Assembly (NCBI GenBank): GCA_030390025.1
Contig: CM059432.1
Coordinates: 142,168,001 to 142,232,000 of the forward strand
DNA length: 64,000 nt
Source of the DNA: Squalus acanthias
Lineage: Eukaryota
Reading direction: 5' to 3'
This document shows, piece by piece, positions 36,685 to 49,849 of this stretch (position 1 is the stretch's first letter; each line of letters starts with the position of its first letter). The notes beneath the pieces were generated by a model. It was not told the DNA's origin. It did not search any database and was given only the letters and a program-made list of their open reading frames with translations. A program made the translations under genes and the position numbers.

Positions 36685-36957
36685 TATATGTAACTGCTAA
36701 CTAAAGTTATATCGTATCTTCCAGTTTCAGTCGATGCACGCGTGTGTGCAAACGTTTGTGCCCAGGAAAAACCAAATGCATGAAGATTTTCGCTCCAATC
36801 CCAGCAAATGTTTTAGTTGGAAAACTGTTGCCAAAACACACGCCTGCTAAAATCTATAATCTACCAAGACTCACGGTGCAGGGCAACACGGATTCCAGCT
36901 TCTGAAGAAAAAATGCAAGATATGCTTAATGTGCCAGTGATCCGGTAGATGACTTAC

Positions 36958-37069
36958 CAGCAAATTGTTTTAGCTCTGGGTTTTCATCCTTGGCTAACTG
37001 CTGCGATTCCTGGGGTTCCACATTTCTATCAACATCTACCTCTTGGTCGCCTTGGCTCGACTTCTTTTG
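36958..37069 (-). CDS. SLC39A6: SLC39A6 coding exon 5 (QKKSSQGDQEVDVDRNVEPQESQQLAKDENPELKQFA), cytosolic loop
   Basis: 112-nt open exon with TTAACAG acceptor and G|GTAAGT donor; phases 0 and 1 bridge the flanking exons; low sequence conservation. Confidence 0.82.
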
Positions 37070-37174
37070 CTGTTAAAACAAAATGCATTTCAAACAGTGC
37101 GCACCGATACTGGAATTTCCAAAGCCAGGAACTATCGCTGTGTAAACTTGAGGGGAGAAAAACCAATTAAAATA

Positions 37175-37420
37175 ACAAATAACAACAGAAAACGCTGGAA
37201 AAACTCAGCAGGCCAGGCAGCAATCGTGGGGAGAGAAACAGAGTTAACGTTTCAGGTCGAAGACCTTTCGTCAGAACTGAGTGAATGCAAGGTTCTGACG
37301 AAAGGTCTTCCACCTGAAACGTTAACTCTGTTTCTCTCCCCATGGATGCTGCCTGGCCTGCTGAGTTTTTCCAGCGTTTTCTGTTATTTCGGATTTCCAG
37401 CATCCGCAGTATTTTGCTAT
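37175..37420. mobile_element. Penelope-like inverted pLTR pair with two hammerhead motifs
   Basis: About 95-bp near-perfect inverted arms around a short spacer at about 37279-37291. Confidence 0.78.
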
Positions 37421-40400
37421 CGAATTAAAATAACACATGGGCAGCTGAACGAAAATTGGAAAGTCTAACATTTCAGTTTGTTAGTTACCAAGAAGCAGTC
37501 TTAATATCAGCCAGTTGAGATTTACATCAAATATAATTCAAAGCACAGACATACATAGCAAAAATCTGCAAACTCTCTGAAATGAATAGTTAAAACATTT
37601 AGATTTATAACTATTTGAAGGTCTTTCTCGTTCTTTAAAAGCAGTTTAAGCTCCATGCACAAATGAATAAGCAGTCTAAGGAAGGCTACTATTACAGACA
37701 GTGAATTAGCAGGGGAAACTGTGAATGGGCAGGTCACTCCCTATAATCTGAACCTTACATTCACCCAGTGAAGTTTTCTTAACCTGATGCGCTTGAAATC
37801 TATGGTGACCAACTAATCTCCCAGAAAAATGCCAATGTAATATGTACAGCACTTTGAGTTTTTCCTTTAGGAGTTTAAGACCCTTCAGTATTGTACCGAT
37901 TAGATACCTTCCACCATCAAGGAGGCACTGTATTCTGTTATGCCCAATCCCACAGGTTCAATTTAAAATAGGACTCTTTCGTGTTATGTTATCTGCCATC
38001 CACTGGTCCAGGCAGTGCAAGATAGATGGGAAGATTTCTCCGACTGCTTGCCCACTATTTGCACCAGGGTGATCGTTGGACACCAACACACAATGTCTAC
38101 CGGTTCACTGGATGACTTCCAGCTCCAGTTGAATTTTTGTTTCCACTTAACTATTTTGATTATTCTTGTTAAGTTGCTTAGTTACTTTAAAACTAGTTTG
38201 AGTGGACCATTTCTCTTCTGTACTGTTAATAGTGTCACCCTTTTAAAAGGAATTCCCTTGCATTTGGTAGGATTCCCACAATTCCCACTGGCCTCGCCAC
38301 GATGGGACCCTTTCATATTATCTGATTTGTCTGTTGGGTTACTTCTGTTGGCGTGTTTTGTTTAAATACAGGCTGTCTGGGCCATCCCGTTTTAGAATTT
38401 TAGTGGGGTCACCCCTTTAAGTGGTGGCAGTTGGGACTTTTCCCAATCTAACAAGCCTACCTTAAAATAGCACCTTTCATAAGAACATAAGAAATAGAGC
38501 AGGAGTAGGCCATTCGGCCCTTCGAGCCTGCTCCATCATTCAATAGATCATGGCTGATCTTCGACCTCAACTCCACCTTCCCGCACTATCCCCATATCCC
38601 TTGGTTCCGTGAGTATCCAAAAACCTATCGACCTCTGTCTTGAATATACTCAACGACTGAGCATCCACAGCCCTTTGGGGTAGAAAATCCCAAAGACTCA
38701 CAACCCTTTGAGTGAAGAAATTTCTCCTCATCTCAGTCCTAAATGGCCGACCCCTTATCCTGAGACTATGACCCCTGGTTCTAGACTCCCCAGCCAGGGG
38801 AAACATCCTCCCAGGATCTACAATGTCAAGCCCCTTAGGTTATGTTATCAGCCATCCACAGGTCCAGTATGTGGAAGATTGTCTTCAATTCCTTGCCTAT
38901 GCTTCAAGGGCATGTTCTTACCCAGGTGACCTTTGAACACCAACACATGATAGGTTCTGGTGCCACTGGATGTCTTGTGTGCCCAGTGGGCACCACATGG
39001 AACTTTTGAGTTGATTACCTCAGACTTGACCATTCTGATTTTGTCTTGTTATTTTAGTTACTTTGTTTAGTTAAAAAACTATTTGAGTGGGGCAAACCCA
39101 ACTAGAAATGTTATTGGTGTTGCCCCTTTAGAGCACAGATACCTCAAACAGAATCTTATTCATCAGCCTCAGAGGGGCAGCTCCCAGGTTAGTTCTCAGT
39201 TTCTAGCATTGACCACCAAGACCTTTGCTATTCTCTTCATCCCCTCTTGCCTAGAACAGCTTTAGGAATTCTGCACGAATACTGTCTGCGCATCGGAGCC
39301 AGCCTTTGGCTTAGAGGTAACATCCCCTGCTTCTAGGCACAGGGTGAAGGCTTCGAGCCCTGCTCCAAGCAATCCCTAATGAGTGGAGACTAAAATAAAT
39401 CCCCCAAATCTATAAATCCTGGGTTGACATCCAGCGTGGGACTCGCATCCATACTCCGAAGATTAAAACCGTGAGAAAAGGAAACCACCTCAGCTACGCT
39501 TCCCTGCTAAATGGCTCAAAAATAACAAGAGAGACTTTTGAGTTAGGACCTGCCCCAACACAATGGATGGACTGTCAGCACGTGCCCCTTTTCCATTAGT
39601 CAGGCAACACAGTGTGGAGTCCACTTCCTCTCAAAGCCTCCTATCTGAGTAGCACACCCCACCAGCATCTCTGTGGAAATGATACAGAATCATAGAATGA
39701 TACAGCACTGAAGGAGGCCATTCGGCCCACCGTTCCCGTGCTAGCTCTTTGAAAGAGCTCTCCAATTAGTCCCACTCCCCCCTGCTCTTTCCACATAGCC
39801 CTGTAAATGTTTTTCCTTCCAAGTATTTATCCAATTACCTTTTGAAAGTTACGATTGAGTCTGCTTCCACCACCCTTTCAGGCAGCGCAATCCAGACCAC
39901 AACAACTCGCTGTGTTAAAAAAAAGGTTTCCTCATGTCGCCTCTGGTTCATTTGCCAATCACCATAAATCTGTGTCCTCTGGTTTCCACCCTTCCGCCAC
40001 TGGAAACAGTTTCTCCTTATTTACTCGATCAAAACCCTTCATGATTTTGAACAACTCTATCAAATCTCCTCTTAACCTTCTCTACTGTAAGGAGAACAAC
40101 CCCAGCTTCTCCAGATATCCAAAGTCCCCCATCCCAGCTACCATTCTAGTAAACATAAACTGAAAGACTTCTTAATTGGTACCGGTTCTTTCATCAGCTA
40201 ACCGTCAGTGAGAAGCAAATTACAATGAAGGCCACCACACAGAATTTCACTTTCTTGTTCAGAAGTTCAAAAGTAAGGAGTCAGGATCAGCATGCCGAAC
40301 ACTCAAAAGAATTACCAGTGTACTGAACTTTTATTTATCAATTAAAACTCTGAACTAACATTTATCATCGTAAAAGGCCTTCCTTATTAATGTTAGGAAC

Positions 40401-40422
40401 ACAAGGCACTACTAGTTCTTAC

Positions 40423-40590
40423 CTTCTTTTTATCTTTGTACAGTTTAATTAATGTTATAAGATGTTCGATAAGAAACATAAAGTAAAGGCCACCCAGAGC
40501 GGTGAGACCTTTCCACACAGAATCCAAGTGATCCTGATCTTCTGCAGCATGATCGCGCTGCTCAGCATCGTGATGATGAACACCTTGTGA
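40423..40590 (-). CDS. SLC39A6: SLC39A6 coding exon 4 (SQGVHHHDAE...DSVWKGLTALGGLYFMFLIEH...KDKKK), TM3
   Basis: Matches ZIP6 WKGLTALGGLYFMFL.EH; TTCCAG acceptor, AAG|GTAAGA donor. Confidence 0.95.
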
Positions 40591-41029
40591 CTGGAAAGTA
40601 AGAACATAAACATTTTAATTATGATTTTGGAACAGGAAACGACCATTAAGTCCAACATGCCTCCTCTTTTATTCCATTTTTGGGCATCGCTGGCAAGGCC
40701 GACATTTATTGTCCATCCCTAGTTGCCCCCTTGAGAAGGTGGTGGTGAGCCGCCTTCTTGAGCCACTGCAGTCCGTGTGGTGAAGATACTCCCATAGTGC
40801 TGTTAGGTAGGGGGGGGGTTCCAGGATTTTGACCCCTTCCGGGAGCAAGGTCACCCTCTGGTACCCTTCCCCAAATCACGATTGTTCTAGTGAGAGTCTC
40901 AATAGTGAAAAAGACTTCCATTTATATAGCACCTAATCATGTCTCGGGACGTCCCAAAGTGCTTTACATACAACAAATTACATTGAAGTGCATTCACTCT
41001 TGTTCTACCGGCATCGAACACTGGGAGAA

Positions 41030-41335
41030 TCACAGAATCACAGAATCCCCACAGTGCAGATAGAGGCCATTTCGGCCCATCGAGCCTGCACCGACCCTAT
41101 CCCCGTAACCCCACGTATTTAATCCCCCCTAACACTATGGGTCAATTTATCATAGCCAAATCAACCTAACCCGCACATCTTTGGACTGTGGGAGGAAACC
41201 GGAGCACCCGGAGGAAACCCACGCAGACACGGGGAGAATGTGCAAACTCCACACAGACAGTCACCCGAGCCCGGATTCGAACCCGGGTCCCTGGCGCTGT
41301 GAGGCAACAGTGCTAACCACTATGCCACCGTGTTG
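41030..41335 (-). mobile_element. V-SINE (HE1-like)
   Basis: V-domain GGAGGAAACCGGAGCACCCGGAGGAAACCCACGCAGACACGGGGAGAA, tRNA head and CR1-like (TTCTGTGA)n tail. Confidence 0.85.
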
Positions 41336-43025
41336 CCCAATGAGCTCCCCTGCTCTTCTTCGAAAGAGTGCTGTGGGATCACTCACGTCCACCCGAGAGG
41401 GAACACGGGGTCTTGGTTTATTTACACCTCATCTGAAAGACGGCGCCTCCGACAGTGCAGCGCTCCCTTAGTACTGCACTGGAGTTATAGGAGATTTCAT
41501 CATTGGATGGACAGATAGTCCCAAATGGTTTGTTACCTCCCAGGTACATAGTGGAGCATGTGGAAAAATGATGGATATCGTTCACATTGGAACCAAAGAT
41601 GAGGAAAGAGCAGGATGGAAGAAGTTAAGTGCTACACGACAAAGCAGGACCTCTAGGGTAGCAACCCCAACAACATCTTGCATTTATATAGCATCTTTAA
41701 CGTAGTAAAACGTCCCAAGGCGCTTCACAGGAGCGTTATCAAACAAAATTTGACAACGAGCCCCATAGGAGGGTATTAGGACAGGTGACCAAAAGCCTGG
41801 TCACAGAGGTAGGTTTTAAGGAGCATCTTAAAGGAGGAGGGAGAGGTAGTGAGGCGGAGAGGTTTAGGGAGAGAATTCCAGAGCTTTAGGGCCTAGGGAC
41901 ACAGATTCCTACCTGTTCAAAATAAAGGCAAACTCGGAGAGTTGTCACCGTTTGCGGACGAGACCATGATTAGAATAGAGGTAGACCTATCCCACCTGGG
42001 TACAGATAGGGGGGAACCCTGTAGATGGGGTGAAACATGAGGGGAGAGAAACTAACCATGGGTATCTGCTGTTGTCTCAACAGGTCAGGAGTGGGGGGGG
42101 TGGGGGGCAAGGAAATTGGAGCAAGAGCTTGGTAGTCAATTAGGAAACCAGTGCAGTTGTTATGGGTACACAAAATGTGGGGTCTTAATGTTACAATCCC
42201 TGGGTCATGCTATCATTTAACTAGATATTGGGCAGGAAAGGTACACTCCAGGTTGTAGGGGACACAAAGTCCACTTGTAGGAGTGACTGGTGACTCTGAA
42301 CCAGAGATCGTATCTAGCGCAGGCCTGAAATTTATAATGTATTTCTTCGTTAAAATAATTTTAACAGACGATAGCATCTCCACTGGCTTTGCTCATGATC
42401 CCAGTATCAAGGTGTCAGCGCCATATTGATCAGCACCGCGTCCCTGCAAACGAAGCCAGAGGCCAGCTCACATCTTAACCTGATCCACTTTGCCCAGCAA
42501 CAGCAGCTGCCCTCACTTCTGTCCTTCAAGGCCACTGGTCGATCCCACCAGCTTGCAATGTGGCCTGGATTCCAATTGGTGCTTCCTAATGCCCACCACC
42601 GCTTCATCCCCTTCACCCAGCTCCGGAAAGCTAGATTGCCTCGAGGCTGTGGTAAACTACTTTGGAGGATCTGGAAGTGTCGTCGGCGTTTGAAGTGAAC
42701 AGTTGCAGGATCCAGAGGTCTTAGCGGGTCCTAGAAGCCATTAAGATGCCGCAGGGACATTGCACGGCCCTAACTTCAGGCGAAAATCACAACAAATATT
42801 GACACGAGAATAGGTCACATGAAGCAAAACAGATCACTATAAAGCAACACATTTTCTTGGGAACGTTGCAAGCAGCTAGTTGGCAGAGTGGGTCACATGC
42901 TTCCAACGGAGTAATCAGATCAGCAAATGAAGACACAGCCTCATCACGAAATGCGCATGGACTAACCAGATCTCTAAAAGGCAACACACTTCTGAAAAAA
43001 GTTCCCATTTACAGATGGTACTTAC

Positions 43026-43195
43026 ATGCGGCAAGAGATGCATAAAGGCGTCCCCACTAAGCGTTCCGACGGCTAAAGCGACCAAGAATGTCAAGAGAAA
43101 CTTGAAGAATGACTTATTCATTAAGGGCATGAAGATTATTCCCAACAGGGACAGCAGACTGATGACAGTAACAGACACAAAGCCTCCGATCCAAG
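43026..43195 (-). CDS. SLC39A6: SLC39A6 coding exon 3 (AWIGGFVSVTVISLLSLLG...LAVGTLSGDAFMHLLPH), TM1-TM2
   Basis: Conserved ZIP LAVGTLSGDA.HL.PH motif; tandem CAGTAG acceptor; CAT|GTAAGT donor. Confidence 0.96.
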
Positions 43196-44699
43196 CTACT
43201 GTAAAACAAAATAAAAGGGACAGAATAGAACACGGCTCTAGATTTTCAAAAATATACCGTAACCCGTTTCAATTAGGTTTAACAATAGATTTACCGGACA
43301 GTTTCCGATCCTCCCCATCAAGATTGCGTCTCAGGAAGCAGTGGATAAAGCGTTACTATAAGCCACGATGCTCTCTTTCACCCCACTGCTCCAAGTTCCA
43401 ATACCGAGGGGCAGGTTTCAGTTTTCGTTGTTGATTTTTTTTTTAAGAGAAAAAACGGTTCGATACTTCCGTGCTACAACACCTTACAGGTGAAATAGGT
43501 TCTCCTGACAACTGATCTGCGACATCAATGCTACCCTCAAATGCAGAAAGGACAATTCTGGACACCCTCTAAGTTGTTGGCACTTTCATGTTAAAATTTA
43601 GGATTTAATTTGATCAAATGTGCCTCAGCACTGAACAAGCTGGGGATCTTTTCTCAAAAGCCCGAGGGGGGGTGACCTAATAGAGGTCTTTTAAGATTAT
43701 GAAAGGGTTTGACAGGGTAGACATAGAGAAGATGTTTCCACTTGTGGCAGAGACCAGAACTAGGGGCCATAAATATAAGATAATCACTAATAAATCCAAT
43801 AGGAATTCAAGAGAAACTTCTTTACCTAGAGAGTGGTGAGAATGTGGAACTTGCTACCACAAGGACTGGTTGAGGCGAATAGTTAAGATGCATTGAAGTA
43901 AGGGGAAGCTAGATAAACACATGAGGGAGAAAGGAATAGAAGGTTATGTTGATAGGGTGAGATGAAGAAGGGTGGGAGAGGCTCATGTGGAGCATCATAA
44001 GAACATAAGAAATAGGAGCAGGAACAGGCCACTTGGCCCCTCGAGCCTGCTCCGCCATTCAATAAGATCATCATGGCTGATCTTGGGCTCAAAGCCACTT
44101 CCCTGCCCGCTCCCCATAACCCTTCACTCCCTTATCTTGCAAAATCTGTCTATCTCCACCTTAAATGTATTTAATGACCCAGCCTCCACGGCTCTCTGGG
44201 GCAGAGAATTCCACAGATTTACGACGCTCAGAGAAGAAATTCCTCCTCGTCTCGGTTCTAAAAGGGCGACCCTTTATTCGGAAACTATGCCCCCGAGTTC
44301 CAGATTTCCCCACGAGGGGAAATCAACACTGACATGGACCTGTTGGGACGAAATGGGCTGTTTCTGTGCTGTAAATACTTTATAACTTTGTTAAAACAAA
44401 TTGGCCTAAATTTCCTCCTCTAACCAGATGCTTGGGAAGATAATCCAGCCCGTTTTATTGGGTATTGTACATCAAAAGTTATCAAAATCAAGCTGAAAGG
44501 TAAAGTGTTAAACATCTGTCTGGAGGACCAACACCCAAAACAAGAGGATAATTTCTGTCATTTTTTTTTAAACAAAAATACCAAAATATCATCACTTGTC
44601 GCACCTGTAGTGAAAGTGCACCGAGAAAAACGGACGTCACTGAACCACACTGCTTAATTCCGGGAAATCCCAAACCCGTGGGAATGTTTGGTCAACACT

Positions 44700-45968
44700 C
44701 CCAGAATTGGAATTTTTTGAGGATGTAACTGGTAAAATAGATAAGGGAGATAAGGGATGTGGTGTATTTGGACTTCCAAAAGGCTTTTGATAAGGTCCCG
44801 CATAAGAGATTAGCGTGTAAAGTTAAGGCACATGGGATTGGGGCTAAGGAATTGACTTGGATAGAGAACTGGTTGGCAAACAGAAAGCAAAGAGTTGCAA
44901 TAAACGGGTCTTTTTCCGAGTGGCAGGCAGTGACTAGTGGGGCACCGCAGGGATCGGTCCTTGGACCCCAGCTATTCACAATATATATTAATGATCTAGA
45001 CAAGGGAACTAGATGTAATATCTCCAAGTTTGCAGACGACACAAAGCTGGGTGGGAGTGTGTGCTGCGAGGAGGATGCCGAGAAACTCCAGGATGATTTG
45101 GACAGGTTGGGTGATTGGGCAGAAGCGTGGCAGATGCAATATAACGTGGATAAATGCGAGGTTATCCACTTTGGTGTCAAAAACAGAAAGGCAGATTATT
45201 ATCTGAATGGCAATAGATTGGGAGAAGGGGAAGTGCAACGAGACCTGGGTGTCCTTGTGCACCAGTCGCTGAAGGTAAGCATGCAGGTGCAGCAGGCGGT
45301 TAAGAAGGCAAATGGTATGTTGGCCTTCATAGCGAGAGGGTTTGAGTACAGGAACAAGGATGTCTTGCTGCAGTTGTACAGGGCCTTGGTGAGACCACAC
45401 CTTGAGTACTGTGTGCAGTTTTGGTCGCCTTATCTGAGGAAGGATGTTCTTGCCATGGAAGGAGTTCAGCGAAGATTCACAAGGCTGATACCTGGGATGG
45501 CAGGAATGACGTATGAAGAAAGATTGGGTCGATTGGGCTTATACTCGCTGGAGTTTAGAAGAATGAGAGGGGATCTCATTGAAACTTATAAAATTCTGAC
45601 AGGACTAGACAGACTAGATGCAGGAAGGATGTTCCCGATGGTCGGGGAGTCCAGAACCAGGGGTCACAGTCTAAGGATAAGGGGTAAGCCATTTAGGACA
45701 GAAATGAGGAAGAATTTCTTCACCAAGAGAGTGATGAACCTGTGGAATTCTCTGCCACAGAAGGCAGTAGAGGCCAATTCATTAAATAGATTCAAGAAGG
45801 AGTTGGATATATTTCTTAAGGCTAAAGGGATCAAGGGATATGGGGAGAAAGCAGGGACAGGGTACTGAATTTGGATGATCAGCCATGATCGCATTGAATG
45901 GCGGAGCAGGCTAGATGGGCCGAATGGCCTACTCCTGCTCCTATCTTCTATGATTCTATGATTCTATG
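44700..45968 (+). mobile_element. 5'-truncated CR1 LINE with open RT C-terminal half (369 aa), 3' UTR and (ATTCTATG)n tail
   Basis: YLDFQKAFDKVPH, GAPQGSVLGP, KFADDTK, RPHLEYCVQFWSP; typical CR1 3' microsatellite. Confidence 0.95.
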
Positions 45969-46249
45969 AGAACCAAGAGAACAAAGATCGTCTGTTAACA
46001 GCTGCAGCTAAGAAAGGTCAGGGTGCCAAGGCCAGAGTGAATGGGCCGTGTTGTCTGAAGAGATAAGGAATGTCGGCGGGGGGTGGGGGGTTCTTGAGGA
46101 AGACCAGTTGTAGCTGGCACTGCGATCGGAGAGGGGAAAATCAGGGAGTATCTTTCCCAACAGCCATTGCCGTCTAGTTGGAATCCGACAGCGACTGCTT
46201 CCTGGTCTGCGATGATAAAGCTGTTATAAAGACATATGGGGGGGGGGGG

Positions 46250-46937
46250 GGATTCATTAGCGGCCATTTTGGGTCGCTAACATCGCCTGGGCGCTAGATT
46301 TAGCGCCCGGCAATCGCCAGCTTCAGTTTTAGCGCCCCAAGAGGGAGCTGGAGCGCTAATCCAAGCGCTCCACTTCCTTCTTAGAGCGCTAACCCTGAAT
46401 ATCGGGGCGGTGCGTTCTGCAGCGCGACGCACTGGGCCACTTAACGCTGCCGCATGGAAGGGCTCTTCCCCCTCATTAAAGGGGAGGGCCCAAGCCCACA
46501 ACTCTGCGGGGCCCTACCTGGACCACCGGGGAGTGGGGTGCCGTGTCAGCAGCCCGGCACGCAAGAGGAGTGCCGGGCTTCCATATCGCGGCACGGACCC
46601 CGCGTTCAAAGAGGCAACGGGCCGCGCGACAAGTAAGTCGGACGATTTTTTTTCCCCCACCCGCCACCTCCCCTTTAGTTAGCGCCCCGCGAGCCTCCTG
46701 CCGCTCCGTTCCCGCCCCCCTGAATCGGTCGCCGTCATCGCCCGGCGCAGATTCAGGGGGCGCCGGCCAATTCTGCAGGCGGGGCGAAAACGGGAGGCTG
46801 CGCACGGTGATGGCGTCGTCATCGCCTGCACAGCGGAGCGGGGCGCTACCGGTTACCGCCGCCACTAAACTCCCGCCAGTGGCGACGCACCCGGGCAAAA
46901 AGTCACTTGCGCTGCAAATGCACCGAATTTCTAGCCC
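46250..46937. mobile_element. GC/CpG-rich probable DNA-transposon fragment
   Basis: Repeated AGCGC(T/C) motifs; ends in AATTTCTAGCCC, a TIR-like terminus; the other end was not identified. Confidence 0.4.
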
Positions 46938-46939
46938 AC

Positions 46940-47533
46940 GGGATCCTTGGCTTCATAAATAGAGGCAGAGTACAAAAGCAAGGAAGTTATGCTAAACCTT
47001 TCTAAAGCGCTGGTTAGGCCTCAGTTGGAGTATTGTGTCCAATTCTGGGCACCACACTTTAGGAAGGATGTCAAGGTCTTGGAGAGGGTGCAGAGGAGAT
47101 TTACCAGAGTGGTGGCTGGGATGAGGGACTTCATTTACGTGGTTAGACTGGAGAAGCTGAGGTTGTTCTCCTTACAGCAGAGAAGGTTAAGAGGAGATTT
47201 GATAGAGGTGTTCAAAATCATGAATGGTTTTGATCGAGTAAATAAGGAGAAACTGTTTCCAGTGGCAGGAGGGTCGGTAACCAGAGGACACAGATTGAAG
47301 ATAATTGGCAAAAGTTGTTGTTACGATCTGGAATGCACTGCCTGAAAGGGCGGTAGAAGCAGATTCAATAGTAACTTTCGAAGGGGAATTGATAGATACT
47401 TGAAGGGAAAAAAATTACAGGGCTGTGGGGAAAGAGCAGGGGAGTGGGACTAATTGGAGAGCTCTTTCAAAGAGCCGGCACAGGCACGATGGGCCGAATT
47501 ACCTCCTTCTGTGCTGTATCATTCTATGATTCT
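46940..47533 (+). mobile_element. CR1 LINE 3' fragment
   Basis: LVRPQLEYCVQFWAP..., CR1 3' UTR and ATTCTATG tail. Confidence 0.9.
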
Positions 47534-47609
47534 TTGATAGATTGTATACATTAGACATGTATATCATGTAGTGTAGGGCACTCAAACCAAATTAAATAAA
47601 ATGACTCAC

Positions 47610-47778
47610 CTGCCTCAATGGAGTAAACTGGGCGTTTCTCTCCAGTTTCATGCGCGATGCAAGCCTTGCTCTCGATCTGATCCAGGAGTGCAGGGCAAAG
47701 GTAACTGAACTGCTCGGCATTGAGAGTCGTATGTGGTTGCATCCCATGGGACGAGAGTAACTTGTCTGCATTCAGGCA
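47610..47778 (-). CDS. SLC39A6: SLC39A6 coding exon 2 (CLNADKLLSSHGM...FSYLCPALLDQIESKACIAH), cysteine-flanked core
   Basis: CPALL(Y)-type LIV-1 motif; canonical splice sites, phases 0 and 1. Confidence 0.95.
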
Positions 47779-49081
47779 CTGCAGGGGGACACAATGGCAC
47801 AGCAATCAAAGGCCCATTTGACCAACGCAATCACCCGGCTTTTCCTCCCATTATGAACTACTCATGACCGTACAACCCACATTTTAAAGTTAGACAGTTT
47901 TACACAGCGGGTGGGCAACACAGGGGACTCTTGCAATGTGTGCGCACCAGGGGCAGCCCGTACGCACTACGTGTAGGAATACTGAGTCTCAGCTGGAGAG
48001 GATCTCTGTGACGGCCCACACTCTGCAGCAGAGAGCATAATGAGGGGTTTCTGGATGGTATGCTCCAGAACATGGTCACTTAGTCGCCATTTTAGTCACG
48101 ATGCTCAGGCCATCGTGGTGTACGGGGCAGGCTTGATGGACCAGCTGGTCTTTTGCTGCCCGGCAATTGCTTATGTTGGTAAGAGGCAGGGCGGGACAGT
48201 TCAGGGCACATGCATAGTGTAGAAAGGGAAAGAGAAGGGAGTACCCATCTACAGGGAGAATGGGGAGCCCTGGATACCTTTACTGCTACTCACTCATTTT
48301 ATTTTTGGTCAAGCAAGGTGCAGAAACCCATCGCTATGTTTAACAATCTCCAAACCAAGCAACTAAGAAATCTACAGATGGCGAACCTGAGTCTGGCTGA
48401 TACATCCCTTTAGGATGTCGCCTGACCAATGGTATTGTTACCTCTAAAACTTGACCATTCCAACGCTCTCCTGGCTGACCTCCCATCTTCCACCCTCTGT
48501 AAACTGGAGCTCATCCAAAACTCTGCAGCCTCGTGTCCTAACTCGCACCAAGTCCCGTTCACCCATCGCCCCCTGCGCTCGCTGACCTTCATTGGCAACG
48601 CCTCGATTTTAAAATTCTCATCCTTGTTTTCAAATCCCTCCATGGCCTCGCCCCCTCCCTATCTCTGTGACCTCCTCCAGTCCTACAACCCTCCGGGATC
48701 TCTGCGCTCCTCCAATTCTGGCCTCTTCGCATTCCCGATTTTAATCGCTCCACCACTGGCGGCCGTGCCTTCAGCTGCCTGGGCCCTAAGCTCTGGAATT
48801 CCCTCCCTAAACCTCTCTCCCCTCCTTTAAGACCTTCCTTAAAACTGACCCCTTTGACCAAGCTTTCGGTCACCTCCCCTAATATCTCCTTATGTGGCTC
48901 GGTGTCAAATTTTGTCTGATAATCGTTCCTGTGAAGCGTCTTGGGACGTTTTACTATGTTAAAGGCGCCGTATAAATACAAGTTGTTTTTGTTGTAGGTC
49001 GACTGAGCTAAGAAGTGAAAACCATCGACAGATCGAGGACAGCCTCTTGCCAGGTATGCAGCAAGTGAAATGCGATCTTAC

Positions 49082-49849
49082 CTCCTCTCCTTTCAAGTCT
49101 TTATCAGCATGGTTTTCAAGTGGATTATTTCTTCTCTGAACTTCTTTAACATCCTTGTGAGTAGAATATTCAGCCGGCGCCTGACCAACAGTATTGGTGC
49201 TATACCGGTCTGTTGAGGTAAGCTGAGCTTTGAGCCCGTCCGTCAGATATGTATCTGCCGTAGCCGGAATTGCGCTCGGAGGACTGCGCGCTGGCCTCAT
49301 GTGTCTTCTGCTTCCAGATTGATCTCCGGCAGAGACGACCGACTGTGGAGTTGTGTCTGGCGTGCGTTGCACTTCCCCACCAGATAGCTCGTCGTGCTTT
49401 GGAAAATCTTCAGTCCCTTTGGGAGTGGTTTGCAAGCCAATTCTCAACTGGATATGCCGGCACTCGGGGCAGCAGTGGTGATGAATGGTTCCTTCTGCCG
49501 ATACCGTACGCTTCTTGGAGACATGGTCAAAATGCTCGTGTTTAGTTCTCATGGTTCTGATTCTACCGACTCCAATATTGCACAGGAGCTTCTCCAACCC
49601 CTCCACTGTCAGGGTGCCATTTTCTCCATACTGGTCAAAAAGTTTGTGCAGATAGTACTTCTGCTCAAACGCCGCCTTGTATCTGTCCAGACTTGCGGCG
49701 GTTGCGTCTGGCTGCAGTGGGTGACCGTGCTCACCGACTGCCGTGCATTCGGTAGCGTGGTCAGCGCGGCCACAGCACCCATTCCAAAAGAAAATCACCA
49801 GGCAGGTCAAGAAAACTCTGAGAGGCGGATACATTTCTACTGGAGCCAT
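49082..49849 (-). CDS. SLC39A6: SLC39A6 (ZIP6/LIV-1) coding exon 1: signal peptide and ectodomain
   Basis: GACAG|GA-ATG; hydrophobic signal peptide; EQKYYLHKLFDQYGENGTLTVEGLEKLL motif of LIV-1 ZIPs; GAG|GTAAGA donor. Confidence 0.92.

Noticed and set aside
44759..45868. 369-aa ORF as a host gene
   Set aside because: It is the C-terminal half of CR1 ORF2 from a 5'-truncated insertion with the standard CR1 tail.
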